64,000 bases of DNA, taken from positions 4,672,001 to 4,736,000 of the forward strand of contig OY970303.1 of the NCBI GenBank assembly GCA_963716255.1, read 5' to 3'. The stretch comes from an uncultured Gemmatimonadales bacterium (GTDB taxonomy: Bacteria > Gemmatimonadota > Gemmatimonadetes > Longimicrobiales > Longimicrobiaceae). This document shows, piece by piece, positions 9,087 through 18,408 of this stretch (positions are counted from its first letter, which is position 1; the number at the start of each line of letters is the position of its first letter). Below the pieces are notes generated by a model. It was not told the DNA's origin. It made no database searches and saw nothing but the letters and a program-made list of their open reading frames with translations. The translations under genes and the position numbers were made by a program.

Positions 9087-9212
9087 GCGTGAGGGATTAC
9101 GGCCCGAAGGGGCGAGACCCGCGTAGTTTGCGGGGCTCGACTCCGTTGAGCAGCGTTGTTTGCTGCTCTACGGAGCCGAAGCCCGACCCCGGCGCCAGCC
9201 GGGGGCACGCCC
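9087..9212 (+). ncRNA. Structured dispersed element, copy 3
   Basis: GCGTGAGGGATTACGGCCCGAAGGGGCGAGA-CCCGC-GTAGTTT-GCGGG-GCTCGACTCCGT-T-GAGCAGC-GTTGTTT-GCTGCTC-T-ACGGAG...GCACGCCC. Confidence 0.6.
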
Positions 9213-9310
9213 GGATCTGCTGTAAGCCGGAAAGCAGTCTCGTCGTCCCCGGCCCTTTCAGCTCGTGGCAAGCGGAATGCATGGCGGACCCCGGACCCAA
9301 ACGAGAAAGG

Positions 9311-10636
9311 ATGCCGCGCGTGGCCACTGACCGCTCTCCCTCGCTGGTGCGCGTCTTCGGGCAGCCCAAGATGGCGGCCCTGCTGTTCCTGGGGTTCTCG
9401 TCCGGCCTCCCGCTCTTTCTCACCAGCCGCACGCTCCAGGCGTGGATGGCGGTGGAGAAGGTGGACCTCACCACCATCGGGCTGGTGAGCCTGCTGGGGC
9501 TCCCCTACTCGTTCAAGTTCCTGTGGGCGCCGCTGCTGGACCGCTACGTGCCCCCCTTCCTGGGGCGCCGGCGCGGCTGGCTGGTCATCACGCAGGTGGC
9601 GCTGCTGCTGGTGATCGCAGCGATGTCGCTGCAGAACCCGCGCACGGGTCTGCAGCTGCTGGCGGCCAACGCGCTGCTGATCGCCTTCTTCAGCGCGACG
9701 CAGGACATCGCGGTGGACGCGTACCGCGTGGACGTGCTGGAGGAGCGCGAGATGGGCGCGGGCGCGTCGCTGCACGTGCTGGGCTACCGCATCGCGCTGC
9801 TGCTCACGGGCGGGCTGGCGCTGGTGCTGGCGGACCGGATGCCCTGGCCCACGGTGTACCTGCTGATGGCGCTGCTGATGGGGGTGGGGCTCGTGGCGGC
9901 GATCCGCGCGCCGGAGCCGGTGCTGCGCGACGCGCCCCCGCAGACCATCGCCAGCGCGGTCGTGGACCCGCTGCGCGACTTCTTCGGGAGGACCGGGCCC
10001 GCGTGGGGGGTGGTGATCCTGCTGTTCACCATCTTCTACCAGCTCGCGGACCGCTTCGCCGCCAACCTGGCGACGCCCTTTCTGCTGGCGATCGGCTTCT
10101 CGCAGAGCGAGATCGGGGTGGTGCAGGGGGGGATCGGGCTGGGGGCGACCATCGTGGGGGTGCTGGTGGGCGGGGCGATCATCGCCAAGCTGGGCATCAA
10201 CCGCTCGGTGTGGATCTTCGCCTTTCTGCAGATCGGCAGCAACCTGGCCTACTACTGGGTGGCGCGCACCGGGGCGAGCCGGCCGGCGCTGGTGAGCGCC
10301 ATCGTGGTGGAGAACCTGGCGGGCGGGCTGGTGACGGCGGTGTTCGTGGCCTACATGATGAGCCTGTGCAGCAAGCGCTTCTCGGCCACGCAGTACGCGC
10401 TGCTCTCCAGCCTCATGGCGTTCGCGCGCGACTTCATCGTGGCGCCCTCCGGCAGCATCGCGGACCGGACGGGGTGGCCCACGTACTTCCTGCTCACCAT
10501 GCTCGCCGGGATCCCGGCGATCCTCCTCCTCCCCTTCGTCACGCCCTGGAACGCGGAGAACCCGCGCGGCGCCGCGGAGCACACCGGCGAGGTGGAGGAC
10601 GACGCGGGCCGCAGGCGCGCCCCGGCGGCGGGGTAG
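9311..10636 (+). CDS. ampG: AmpG-family muropeptide MFS permease
   Basis: LGFSSGLP, KFLWAPLLD, GRRRGWL, SATQDIAVDAYR, ATQYALLSS; many hydrophobic segments. Start could also be 9281. Confidence 0.95.
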   Translation: MPRVATDRSPSLVRVFGQPKMAALLFLGFSSGLPLFLTSRTLQAWMAVEKVDLTTIGLVSLLGLPYSFKFLWAPLLDRYVPPFLGRRRGWLVITQVALLLVIAAMSLQNPRTGLQLLAANALLIAFFSATQDIAVDAYRVDVLEEREMGAGASLHVLGYRIALLLTGGLALVLADRMPWPTVYLLMALLMGVGLVAAIRAPEPVLRDAPPQTIASAVVDPLRDFFGRTGPAWGVVILLFTIFYQLADRFAANLATPFLLAIGFSQSEIGVVQGGIGLGATIVGVLVGGAIIAKLGINRSVWIFAFLQIGSNLAYYWVARTGASRPALVSAIVVENLAGGLVTAVFVAYMMSLCSKRFSATQYALLSSLMAFARDFIVAPSGSIADRTGWPTYFLLTMLAGIPAILLLPFVTPWNAENPRGAAEHTGEVEDDAGRRRAPAAG

Positions 10637-10669
10637 GCGCGCCCCTTCCGGACACGACCCACGAGCCGA

Positions 10670-12277
10670 ATGACACGGATCTTTCTCCGCATCGTCCCCG
10701 CGGCGCTGGCGCTGGCCGCCTGCGTTCCCCGCACCGCTCCCGCGCCCGCCCCCGGGTCGGCGGCGGAGCCCGCGCCCGGAGGGCTCCCCGCCGTGCCGGC
10801 GCGGACCGGCGCGCTGGCGCTGGACGTGGTGTACCCCGGCGAGGGACAGGCGCTGGCCGCCTCCGACAGCAACTTCGTCTTCGGGAGCGTGGGCTCGGGC
10901 GATGTCGCGCTGCGCATCAACGGGCTGCCGGTGCGGGTGGCCGCCAACGGGGCGTTCCTGGGCTTCGTCCCGGTGCCGCCGAGCGGCGTGTACGAGCTGG
11001 TGGCCACGCGCGGCGGCGAATCGCGCACGCTGCGGCGCACGGTGCGCGTGCCGGCGGCGCGCCCGGAGCGGACGCCGGTGTCGCCCTTCGAGCAGCAGGA
11101 CGTGTCGCGGGTCCCCGCGCCGGCCGCGCCCACGGCGGCGCCGGACACGGCGCCGCGGGCGGGCGTGGTCCGCACCCGCCGGCCGGACGGCGCCATCGGC
11201 ACCGGGGCGCCGGGGGCGGGGAACCCGTACGAGTGGTTCTTTCCCGATGGCACGCGCGTCGCCGTGGCGGAGACGCGCGGCGGCGCGCGCCGCGTGCGCC
11301 TGACCGCGGACCGCTCGGTGTGGGTGGACACGGCGGAGGTGCAGCTCCTCCCCGCGGGGGCGCCGCTGCCGCGCGGGTCGGTGGGGGCGGTGCGCTTCAC
11401 CCCGGCGCGCGACTGGGTGGAGCTGCGGCTCGCCACCTCGGACCGGCTCCCCTTCCGGGTGGAGGAAACGGAGGACGGCTTCACCGTCAGCGTCTTCGGC
11501 GCCACGGGAAAGACCAACTGGCTGTACTACGGGGCGCACGACCCGCTGGTGGAGCACGCCGGGTGGGAGCAGGCCGCCGACGACGTGTACCGCCTCCACG
11601 TGCGGCTGTCGCAGCGCCCCTGGGGCTTCCTGCAGCGCTGGGACGAGCGCGGCAACCTGGTGGTGCGGCTGCGCAGGCCGCCCGCCATCGACATCGCGCA
11701 GCCGCTGCGGGGGCTGTACCTGGGCGTGGACGCGGGGCACCCGCCCGGCGGCGCCATCGGCCCCACGCGGCTCGCGGAGGCCACCGCCAACCTGGCCATC
11801 GCCAGGCGGCTGGCGGCGCTGCTGCGCGAGCGGGGCGCGCGGGTGCTGGAGACGCGCCGCGACACCGCGGCGGTGGGGCTGGGCGACCGCCCGGCCGAGG
11901 CCACCGACTCCAGCGTGCACCTGCTGGTGTCCGTGCACAACAACGCCTTCCCGGACGGCGTGAACCCGTTCGAGAACAACGGCACCAGCGTCTTCTACAA
12001 CCAGCGGCACTCGCGCGAGCTGGCCGCGCACCTGCAGCGGGAGCTGCTGCGCGAGCTGGGGCTGCGCGACCTGGGCATCGCCCGTGCGGACCTGGCGCTG
12101 GTGCGGCCCACCTGGATGCCGTCGGCGCTCACCGAGACCCTGTTCCTGATGGTGCCCGAGCAGGAAGCGGCGCTGCGCGACCCCGCGGTGCAGGAGCGGA
12201 TCGCCCGGGCCCACCTGCGGGGCATCGAGGCGTTCCTGAGAGAGCGTGCGGCGGGGCAGGGAGATCGCTCGCCGTGA
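10670..12277 (+). CDS. N-acetylmuramoyl-L-alanine amidase (Amidase_3), lipoprotein
   Basis: LAAC lipobox; VDAGH..., EATAN, SVHNNA, LTETLF zinc/catalytic motifs. Confidence 0.9.
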   Translation: MTRIFLRIVPAALALAACVPRTAPAPAPGSAAEPAPGGLPAVPARTGALALDVVYPGEGQALAASDSNFVFGSVGSGDVALRINGLPVRVAANGAFLGFVPVPPSGVYELVATRGGESRTLRRTVRVPAARPERTPVSPFEQQDVSRVPAPAAPTAAPDTAPRAGVVRTRRPDGAIGTGAPGAGNPYEWFFPDGTRVAVAETRGGARRVRLTADRSVWVDTAEVQLLPAGAPLPRGSVGAVRFTPARDWVELRLATSDRLPFRVEETEDGFTVSVFGATGKTNWLYYGAHDPLVEHAGWEQAADDVYRLHVRLSQRPWGFLQRWDERGNLVVRLRRPPAIDIAQPLRGLYLGVDAGHPPGGAIGPTRLAEATANLAIARRLAALLRERGARVLETRRDTAAVGLGDRPAEATDSSVHLLVSVHNNAFPDGVNPFENNGTSVFYNQRHSRELAAHLQRELLRELGLRDLGIARADLALVRPTWMPSALTETLFLMVPEQEAALRDPAVQERIARAHLRGIEAFLRERAAGQGDRSP

Positions 12278-12514
12278 GCTGACGTTCGTGATGTGGGGCT
12301 GGGGCCGCTCCGGAGCCGGACGATACTGCCGTCCGTCTCCTGCGCGGGCTCCGGGAACCCCGCCAAACTGCCGGCGGGTTTCCCTCCGCCGGAGTGAGCC
12401 AGCCAAACGGCCGGCTGTCTCCCTCCGCAACGGATCTGATGGATACAGCGGAAACGGCGGACGGCCGGACATTGCCGCGCGCCGCCCCGTGCCGCAGTTG
12501 CAGGCTGTTCCCTG

Positions 12515-12545
12515 TGGCGCTTCACGCTGCGCGTGAACCGATGAA
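12515..12545. repeat. Short hairpin repeat TGGCGCTTCACGCTGCGCGTGAACCGATGAA
   Basis: Matches 379-410 and 1459-1490. Confidence 0.7.
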
Positions 12546-12576
12546 CCCTATTCCCTGTTCCCTGCCGTCCCATCCC

Positions 12577-15567
12577 ATGTCCCTTCTCCTCCGCGTCCTC
12601 GGCCTCCTCGCCGCCCTCGCGCTCGCGGCGGCGCCGCTCCGGGCGCAGCTGCCGCCGGACGCCAGCTGGCGCACGTTCGACACGCCGCACTTCCGCGTGC
12701 ACTACGCCGAGGGGCTGGACTCGCTCGCGCGGCGCGCGGCGGACCGCGCGGAGGCGGCCCATGCGCAGCTCGCCGCCACGCTGGTGCGCCCTCCCGCCGG
12801 CAAGGTCGACCTGGTGGTCAGCGACAACGTGGACTTCGCCAACGGCTACGCCACGCCCTTCCCCACCAACCGGGTGGTGATCTACGCGCATCCGCCGGTG
12901 GACGAGCCGGGCCTGTCGTTCTACGACGACTGGCTGCAGCTGGTCCTCACCCACGAGCTCACCCACACCTTCCACCTGGACTACGCCGGCGGGATCTGGC
13001 GGCCGCTGCGGCGGGTGCTGGGAAGGTCGCCGCTGCTCTTTCCCGCGGCGACCATGCCGTCGTGGGTCACGGAGGGGCTGGCCACGTACGTGGAGTCGCG
13101 GCTGACGTCGGCGGGGCGCGTGCGGGGGACCATGCACGAGATGGCGCTGCGCACCGCCGTGCTGGAGGACGCGTTCTTTTCCATCGACCGGGCGAGCGGG
13201 ACGCCGGCCACCTGGCCCGGCGGGTCCACCAGCTACGTGTACGGCTCGATGTTCGTGAACCACCTGGCGGTGCGCTACGGCCCGGCGCGCGTGGGCGAGT
13301 TCGTGCGGGCCGCGGGCGGGTCGCTGATCCCCTACCGCCTGGACGCGGCGTCGCGGCGGGCGTTCGGGGTGCCCTTCACCCGCGCCTGGCGCGAGTGGGA
13401 GCAGGGGCTGCGCGCGCGCTACCTCCCGCTCGCCGATTCGCTCCGCCGGGCGGGGATCACCGAGCCCGAAATGCTGACGGAGGAGGGGCGCTTCACCAGC
13501 TTTCCCCGTTGGTCGCCGGACGGGCGCTCCATCGCCTACTCGGTCGCCACCGGCCGCGCGGAGCCCGCCACGCGGGTGCTGGTGCCGGGCGGGGAGGACC
13601 GCGTGCGGCTGCCGCGCACCACGCTGGGGCCGGCGTCGTGGATTCCCGGGACCGACTCGCTCCTGCTGGCGCAGCTGGACTACGTGGACCCGTACCGCGT
13701 GTACTCGGACGTGTACGCGGTGGACGAGCGGGGCGACGCCCATGCGCGGACGGAGCGCGCACGCATCCTGGAGCCGCACCCCTCGCCCGACGGGCGGCGC
13801 GCGGTGGCGGTGCGGAGCGCCGCGGGGACCAACGTCCCGGTGGTGGTGGAGCTCGCCACCGGCGCGGTGCGCCCGCTGGCCGCTCCCTCGCTGGACGTGA
13901 ACTGGGGGCTGCCGCGCTGGTCGCCCCGCGGCGACCGCGTCGCGGTGTCGCGCTGGCGGCGCGGCGGCTTCTACGACGTGGTGGTGATGGACACCGCCGG
14001 GGGCGGGGTGCGCGAGCTGACGCGCGACCGGGCCGTGGACGCCGCGCCCGCGTGGTCGCCGGACGGGCGCTACGTGCTCTTTTCCTCCGACCGCACGGGG
14101 ATCGCAAACCTGTATGCGTACGACCTGGAGGACGGCCGCCTCCTCCAGGTCACCAGCGTCCTCACCGGCGCCTTCCAGCCCGACGTGTCGCCGGACGGGC
14201 GCTGGATCGCCTTCGCCCTGTACCGCGCCGACGGGTACCACGTGGCGCGCATCCCCTACGATCCCGCCTCGTGGCGGCCGGCCCCGCCGGTGCGCTCCGG
14301 CGTGGCCCCGGCCCCCGCGGACTCCGCCGCCCCGGTCCGCGCCGCGGCCGGAGCGTCGCGGCGCTACTCGCCGTGGCGCAGTCTGCGCCCCGCGGCGTGG
14401 ACGCCGTACGGCGCCGTGAGCGAGACGCTGGGGGTCGGGCTCGGAGCGGCGGTGGCGGGGAGGGACGTGGTGGGGCGGCACACCTACGCCGCGTCCGCGC
14501 TGGTGTACACCGACCGCGGGCGGGCGGAGGCCGGGCTGGGCTACCGTTACAGCGGGTGGGGCGTGCCGGTGCTGGACGTGGCCGGGAGCCAGCAGTGGTC
14601 GGTGGAGCGCGCCTCCCCCACCGCGGTGCGCGTGGGCGACAGCATCGTCGCCGTTCCCACGGCGCTCCTGGAGCGCGAGCGGCACCTGGGCGCCACGCTC
14701 ACCTTCCCGCGGCAGCGCTACCGCTCGTACACGTGGCTCAGCGTGGGCGCCGAGTGGGAGAAGCGCGACCTGGCCTGGGACGACCCGGAGGCGGCGGGCG
14801 ACCTGCGCGACCGGCTGGCGGGCGAGGCGCCCGACCTGGGTGCGCTGCTCACCGTGGGGCGCTCCACGGTCCGCGGCTACGACTTCTCCATCTCGCCGGA
14901 GGACGGCTACGCCGTCTCGGGGACGCTGGAAGGGCACCGCCTCACCCGCGGGGCTGCGGAAGGGGAGGACGCCGCGGGGTACGTGCGCGCCGTGGGGCGG
15001 GCGCGGGCGTTCCGGGGGATCCCGCTGTGGGGGTTCGCGCGCCACGCGCTGGCGCTGCGCGCCACGGGCGGCGTGGAAAGCGGCTCGCGCAGCCCCGGGT
15101 TCAACGCGGGCGGGGCCAGCGGCACGGCCGCGCCGGTGTCGGCCGGGGTGGACTTCCAGCTGGGGAGCTCCCTGACCTTCCCGGTCCGCGGCTACCCCGA
15201 AGCCGTCCAGTACGGCGACCGGGCCTTTTCCGCGACCGCCGAGTACCGCTTCCCGCTGGCGCTGGTGGAGCGTGGGGCCGGGCTGGCGCCGCTCTTCCTG
15301 GACCGCCTCTGGGGCGACGTGTTCGCGGACGCGGGCGGCGCCTGGTGCCCGGGCGCCTGCCAGCGCGGCTTCCGTGGCGCGCCCTCCACCCTGGAGCCGC
15401 TGTACTCCGTGGGCGCGGAGCTGGGGGTGGACCTTTCCGTGGGATACTTCGCGGGGCTCACCCTGCGCGGCGGCGTCGCCCTGCCGCTCAGCGAAGTCCC
15501 CGTCACGGGCGGCGGATCCCGCCGCCCCGACCTCCAGGGGTACCTGCGCATCGGCCGCTCGTTCTGA
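12577..15567 (+). CDS. Secreted HEXXH peptidase-like + PD40/TolB beta-propeller + Omp85-like beta-barrel protein
   Basis: Signal peptide; THELTH followed by WVTEGLA; multiple WSPDG repeats; VRGY motif and C-terminal Phe typical of Omp85 barrels. Confidence 0.8.
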   Translation: MSLLLRVLGLLAALALAAAPLRAQLPPDASWRTFDTPHFRVHYAEGLDSLARRAADRAEAAHAQLAATLVRPPAGKVDLVVSDNVDFANGYATPFPTNRVVIYAHPPVDEPGLSFYDDWLQLVLTHELTHTFHLDYAGGIWRPLRRVLGRSPLLFPAATMPSWVTEGLATYVESRLTSAGRVRGTMHEMALRTAVLEDAFFSIDRASGTPATWPGGSTSYVYGSMFVNHLAVRYGPARVGEFVRAAGGSLIPYRLDAASRRAFGVPFTRAWREWEQGLRARYLPLADSLRRAGITEPEMLTEEGRFTSFPRWSPDGRSIAYSVATGRAEPATRVLVPGGEDRVRLPRTTLGPASWIPGTDSLLLAQLDYVDPYRVYSDVYAVDERGDAHARTERARILEPHPSPDGRRAVAVRSAAGTNVPVVVELATGAVRPLAAPSLDVNWGLPRWSPRGDRVAVSRWRRGGFYDVVVMDTAGGGVRELTRDRAVDAAPAWSPDGRYVLFSSDRTGIANLYAYDLEDGRLLQVTSVLTGAFQPDVSPDGRWIAFALYRADGYHVARIPYDPASWRPAPPVRSGVAPAPADSAAPVRAAAGASRRYSPWRSLRPAAWTPYGAVSETLGVGLGAAVAGRDVVGRHTYAASALVYTDRGRAEAGLGYRYSGWGVPVLDVAGSQQWSVERASPTAVRVGDSIVAVPTALLERERHLGATLTFPRQRYRSYTWLSVGAEWEKRDLAWDDPEAAGDLRDRLAGEAPDLGALLTVGRSTVRGYDFSISPEDGYAVSGTLEGHRLTRGAAEGEDAAGYVRAVGRARAFRGIPLWGFARHALALRATGGVESGSRSPGFNAGGASGTAAPVSAGVDFQLGSSLTFPVRGYPEAVQYGDRAFSATAEYRFPLALVERGAGLAPLFLDRLWGDVFADAGGAWCPGACQRGFRGAPSTLEPLYSVGAELGVDLSVGYFAGLTLRGGVALPLSEVPVTGGGSRRPDLQGYLRIGRSF

Positions 15568-15679
15568 CGGCCGGGCGGCTCCGGGCGGCGCCGTGGTGAC
15601 GCGGCGCCGCCCGCCTTCGTCTGTGGGGCGAACGCGTCGATGAACGTGAGACGTCCACCGCTGAATCCGAGCCATCCCG

Positions 15680-17311
15680 ATGCTGCGCGCCATCCTTTCG
15701 AGACATGCCGTCCGCCTGGGGCTGACGCTCGCCCTGGGGGCCCTGCCGGCCGCGCTCGCCGGGTGCGACGACCCCGCGCGCTCCGAGCCCGTCGCCGCGG
15801 TGGACGTCACCGCCCCCGACGCGCGCCTCGCCGTGGGACAGACGCTCCAGCTCGCCGTCGCGGTGCGCGACGCCGGGGGGGCCGAGATCGCCGGCCGCAC
15901 GGTCACCTGGACGAGCAGCAACGACGCGGTCGCCACGGTGGCGAACGGGCAGGTGACCGGCCGGGCGCCCGGGACCGTGACGATCACCGCGTCCGCGGGC
16001 GGCAGGCAGGACCAGGTGGAGCTGGCCGTGGACCCCGCGGCCGCGCGCGTCACGCTGGAGCCCGACACCTTCCGCCTGGTGGTGGGGAACACCGTCGCCA
16101 TCCAGCCGCCCACCGGCGACGCCCTGGCCAATGCCCGCGCCCGCGTGCTGGCGGTCCCCCGCGACGCGTCCGGCGGTGTGATGCTGGGCGTGCCGGTGCG
16201 CTTCACCACCTCCAGCGCGGCGGTGGCGACGGTGAGCGACTCCGGCGTGGTGCGGGGCGTCGCGCCCGGCACCGCCACCATCACCGCGCGCGCGGGCGGC
16301 GCCGAGGGCCGGCTCACCCTCGTCGTGGAGCGCCCCTACACGCTCACCTACCTGGGGACGCTGGGCGGGCTCCCGGAGAGCCGCGCCATGGGGATCAACG
16401 AAGCGGGCCAGGTGGTGGGCTACGCCGCCGTCTCGACCATCCCGGGCGAAGCTCCCCTCGGCTCGCGCGGATGGACCTGGCAGAACGGCGTCCTGACGGA
16501 GGTGACCGTCACCGACCGGACGGTGTCGGCGGTGGCTCCCATGGCGATCAACGACCGCGGGCAGGTGGGGGGCCTGGTGTACGCCTCCGGGGGGACGTTC
16601 GCCGCGCTCTGGGACGCCGGGCGGGCCACGCTCGCATCGGTCATCAGCGGCTCGTTCGTCGGCGGCATGAACGAGCGCGGAGAGATCGTCGGCGGGTGGC
16701 GGTCGCGGCTCTGCACCCGCAACTGCTCGGGCGGCGGCTGGATCTTCCGCGCCGGTGCGGTCAGGGAGATCAGCAACCAGGGCCAGCTGCGCATCTTCCC
16801 CGAGGCGATCGACGACGCCGGGCGGATCGCCGGCACCCTCTTCTCCCTGCAGACGGGCACCGAGTCGGCCCGCGCCTTCGTCATGCAGAACGACAGCGCC
16901 CCGGCGACCTTCCTCCCCACCAACGCCATCGCCAGCCAGGCGCACGACATCGACTCGCAGGGCCGGGTGGTGGGGCAGGACCTCGTCGACGGGTACCGGG
17001 GCTTCCTGTGGACCCCCGGCGGCGCACTGGTGAACTTCGGCAGGCTGGGGGGAGGGTTCATCGCCATCGCCACCGACGTCAACGACCTGGGCGTCGCCGT
17101 GGGCAGGAGCAACTGCACGGGCTGCACGGATTTCCTCCCGGTGCTGTTCCGCGGCGCCGCGCTGACGCGCATCGAGGACCTGTTCGTCGCGGGCGACTGG
17201 GTGTGGGAAGCGTCCACGGACATCAACGACCGCGGGCAGATCGTGGGCTACGGGACGCACCGCACCACAGGGGTGCGCGGCGCGCTGCTTCTCACCCCGC
17301 CCGCCCCGTGA
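15680..17311 (+). CDS. Lipoprotein with two Big_2 Ig-like domains and HAF-type extracellular repeats
   Basis: LAGC lipobox; WTSSNDAVATV..G.VTG.APGT.TITA twice; repeated A..IND.GQ.VG. Confidence 0.85.
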   Translation: MLRAILSRHAVRLGLTLALGALPAALAGCDDPARSEPVAAVDVTAPDARLAVGQTLQLAVAVRDAGGAEIAGRTVTWTSSNDAVATVANGQVTGRAPGTVTITASAGGRQDQVELAVDPAAARVTLEPDTFRLVVGNTVAIQPPTGDALANARARVLAVPRDASGGVMLGVPVRFTTSSAAVATVSDSGVVRGVAPGTATITARAGGAEGRLTLVVERPYTLTYLGTLGGLPESRAMGINEAGQVVGYAAVSTIPGEAPLGSRGWTWQNGVLTEVTVTDRTVSAVAPMAINDRGQVGGLVYASGGTFAALWDAGRATLASVISGSFVGGMNERGEIVGGWRSRLCTRNCSGGGWIFRAGAVREISNQGQLRIFPEAIDDAGRIAGTLFSLQTGTESARAFVMQNDSAPATFLPTNAIASQAHDIDSQGRVVGQDLVDGYRGFLWTPGGALVNFGRLGGGFIAIATDVNDLGVAVGRSNCTGCTDFLPVLFRGAALTRIEDLFVAGDWVWEASTDINDRGQIVGYGTHRTTGVRGALLLTPPAP

Positions 17312-17397
17312 GCGCGGCCCGGCACGCTTCCTGAAGTGGGGGAGCGGGGTGAGACGGGCGACCGCCCGCACCCCGCAACCCGAAGCAGGAGCGCACG

Positions 17398-17736
17398 ATG
17401 GGTGGCAAGCGACCCGACCAGCACAACATCGACCCCCGCGAGGGCGGCGCGACCGACTACAAGAACCTCCCGCAGGAGGGGCACGGCGGGAGCAGCATGG
17501 ACGACGCCGCCCGGCTCGACCGGCAGCGCGTGGGCCAGGAGGAGGCCGAGACCCGCGAGGCGGCGCCCGGGACGCAGAAGGGCGGGATCCCGGCCCCCGG
17601 AGCTCACCCGGCGCCCTCGACCCACGCCCGCGCAGGGCAGTCGGCCGGCGAGGGCGGGGAGGCGGCGTACGACGAGGGCCGCGACCGCGAGGCCCTGGGG
17701 AACTCGGAGGTCGCCGGGGACGAGGTAGGCGCATGA
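17398..17736 (+). CDS. Small acidic Gly-rich hypothetical protein
   Basis: AGGAG upstream, GC3-rich codons, ATGA coupling to next ORF. Confidence 0.7.
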   Translation: MGGKRPDQHNIDPREGGATDYKNLPQEGHGGSSMDDAARLDRQRVGQEEAETREAAPGTQKGGIPAPGAHPAPSTHARAGQSAGEGGEAAYDEGRDREALGNSEVAGDEVGA

Positions 17737-18047
17737 GCCAGGGGACTGGGGAAGGGATCTCCGGCCCCGCGACGGACGCCGGAAAGCCCAGCCAGCCGGG
17801 GCCGCGCAGGGAGGTGGGGAACGCCGCCTCCTCGCAGCTCCACCCCCCGCACCTGAGCGAGGGCGACCGCGGCGCGCCGGTGCAGGGGAAGGCGGAGGGG
17901 GCGGACATCCCCACCCTGCCCGCCAACGCCCACGGGCAGGACAAGAGCGAGATGACCCGGCAGCCCGCCACCGACGCGGCGAGCATGTACGAGCACCGCC
18001 CGGGCGAGAACAAGGACACTCCCCCGTCCGAGACCGGCGGCCGCTGA
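17733..18047 (+). CDS. Small hydrophilic hypothetical protein
   Basis: ATG overlaps upstream TGA; followed by terminator. Confidence 0.65.
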   Translation: MSQGTGEGISGPATDAGKPSQPGPRREVGNAASSQLHPPHLSEGDRGAPVQGKAEGADIPTLPANAHGQDKSEMTRQPATDAASMYEHRPGENKDTPPSETGGR

Positions 18048-18073
18048 CGCGCCGGTGAACGCTTCGGCCTCTT

Positions 18074-18110
18074 CGACGCGGCCCCCGGATCCGGGGGCCG
18101 CGTCGCGTTT
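18074..18110 (+). terminator. Intrinsic terminator
   Basis: Long perfect inverted repeat CGACGCGGCCCCCGG/CCGGGGGCCGCGTCG followed by TTT. Confidence 0.7.
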
Positions 18111-18263
18111 CCACTTCCGCCGTTTTCGTCTCCCGGACCGGCGCCGCTAACCCCCGTCCACTCCCCCCGCTTAGCCCCGTCCACGAGCACTCCGGGAGTT
18201 CCGAAAAGCGACCCGAACCGCCTCTCGAGGGTATACAATTTGCGACCCTCACGAGACGCTTGA

Positions 18264-18310
18264 CCGCTACATGTGGGGGTTGTACCTTGTCACTCCCCAA
18301 GATGTAGTGC
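18264..18310 (+). promoter_or_regulatory. Tandem NrdR boxes
   Basis: ccgCTAcATgTgGggg (18264-18279) and cccCAAgATgTAGTGc (18295-18310) fit acaCwAtATaTwGtg, 31 bp apart, upstream of an RNR gene. Confidence 0.85.
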
Positions 18311-18408
18311 CCATGTGGTGCCATCTGCGCATGTCGAGCCCCGAGGCCGGTTTAGCGCCTCTCGTTGATAGTTATCGTCCTTTTACACTCGATCCGCAGG
18401 AGTCCTCG

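Noticed and set aside
9087..9212. Structured element as tRNA, hammerhead ribozyme or known riboswitch
   Set aside because: No TTC T-loop or CCA end, no CTGANGA/GAAA core, and positions relative to genes are inconsistent with a cis riboswitch.
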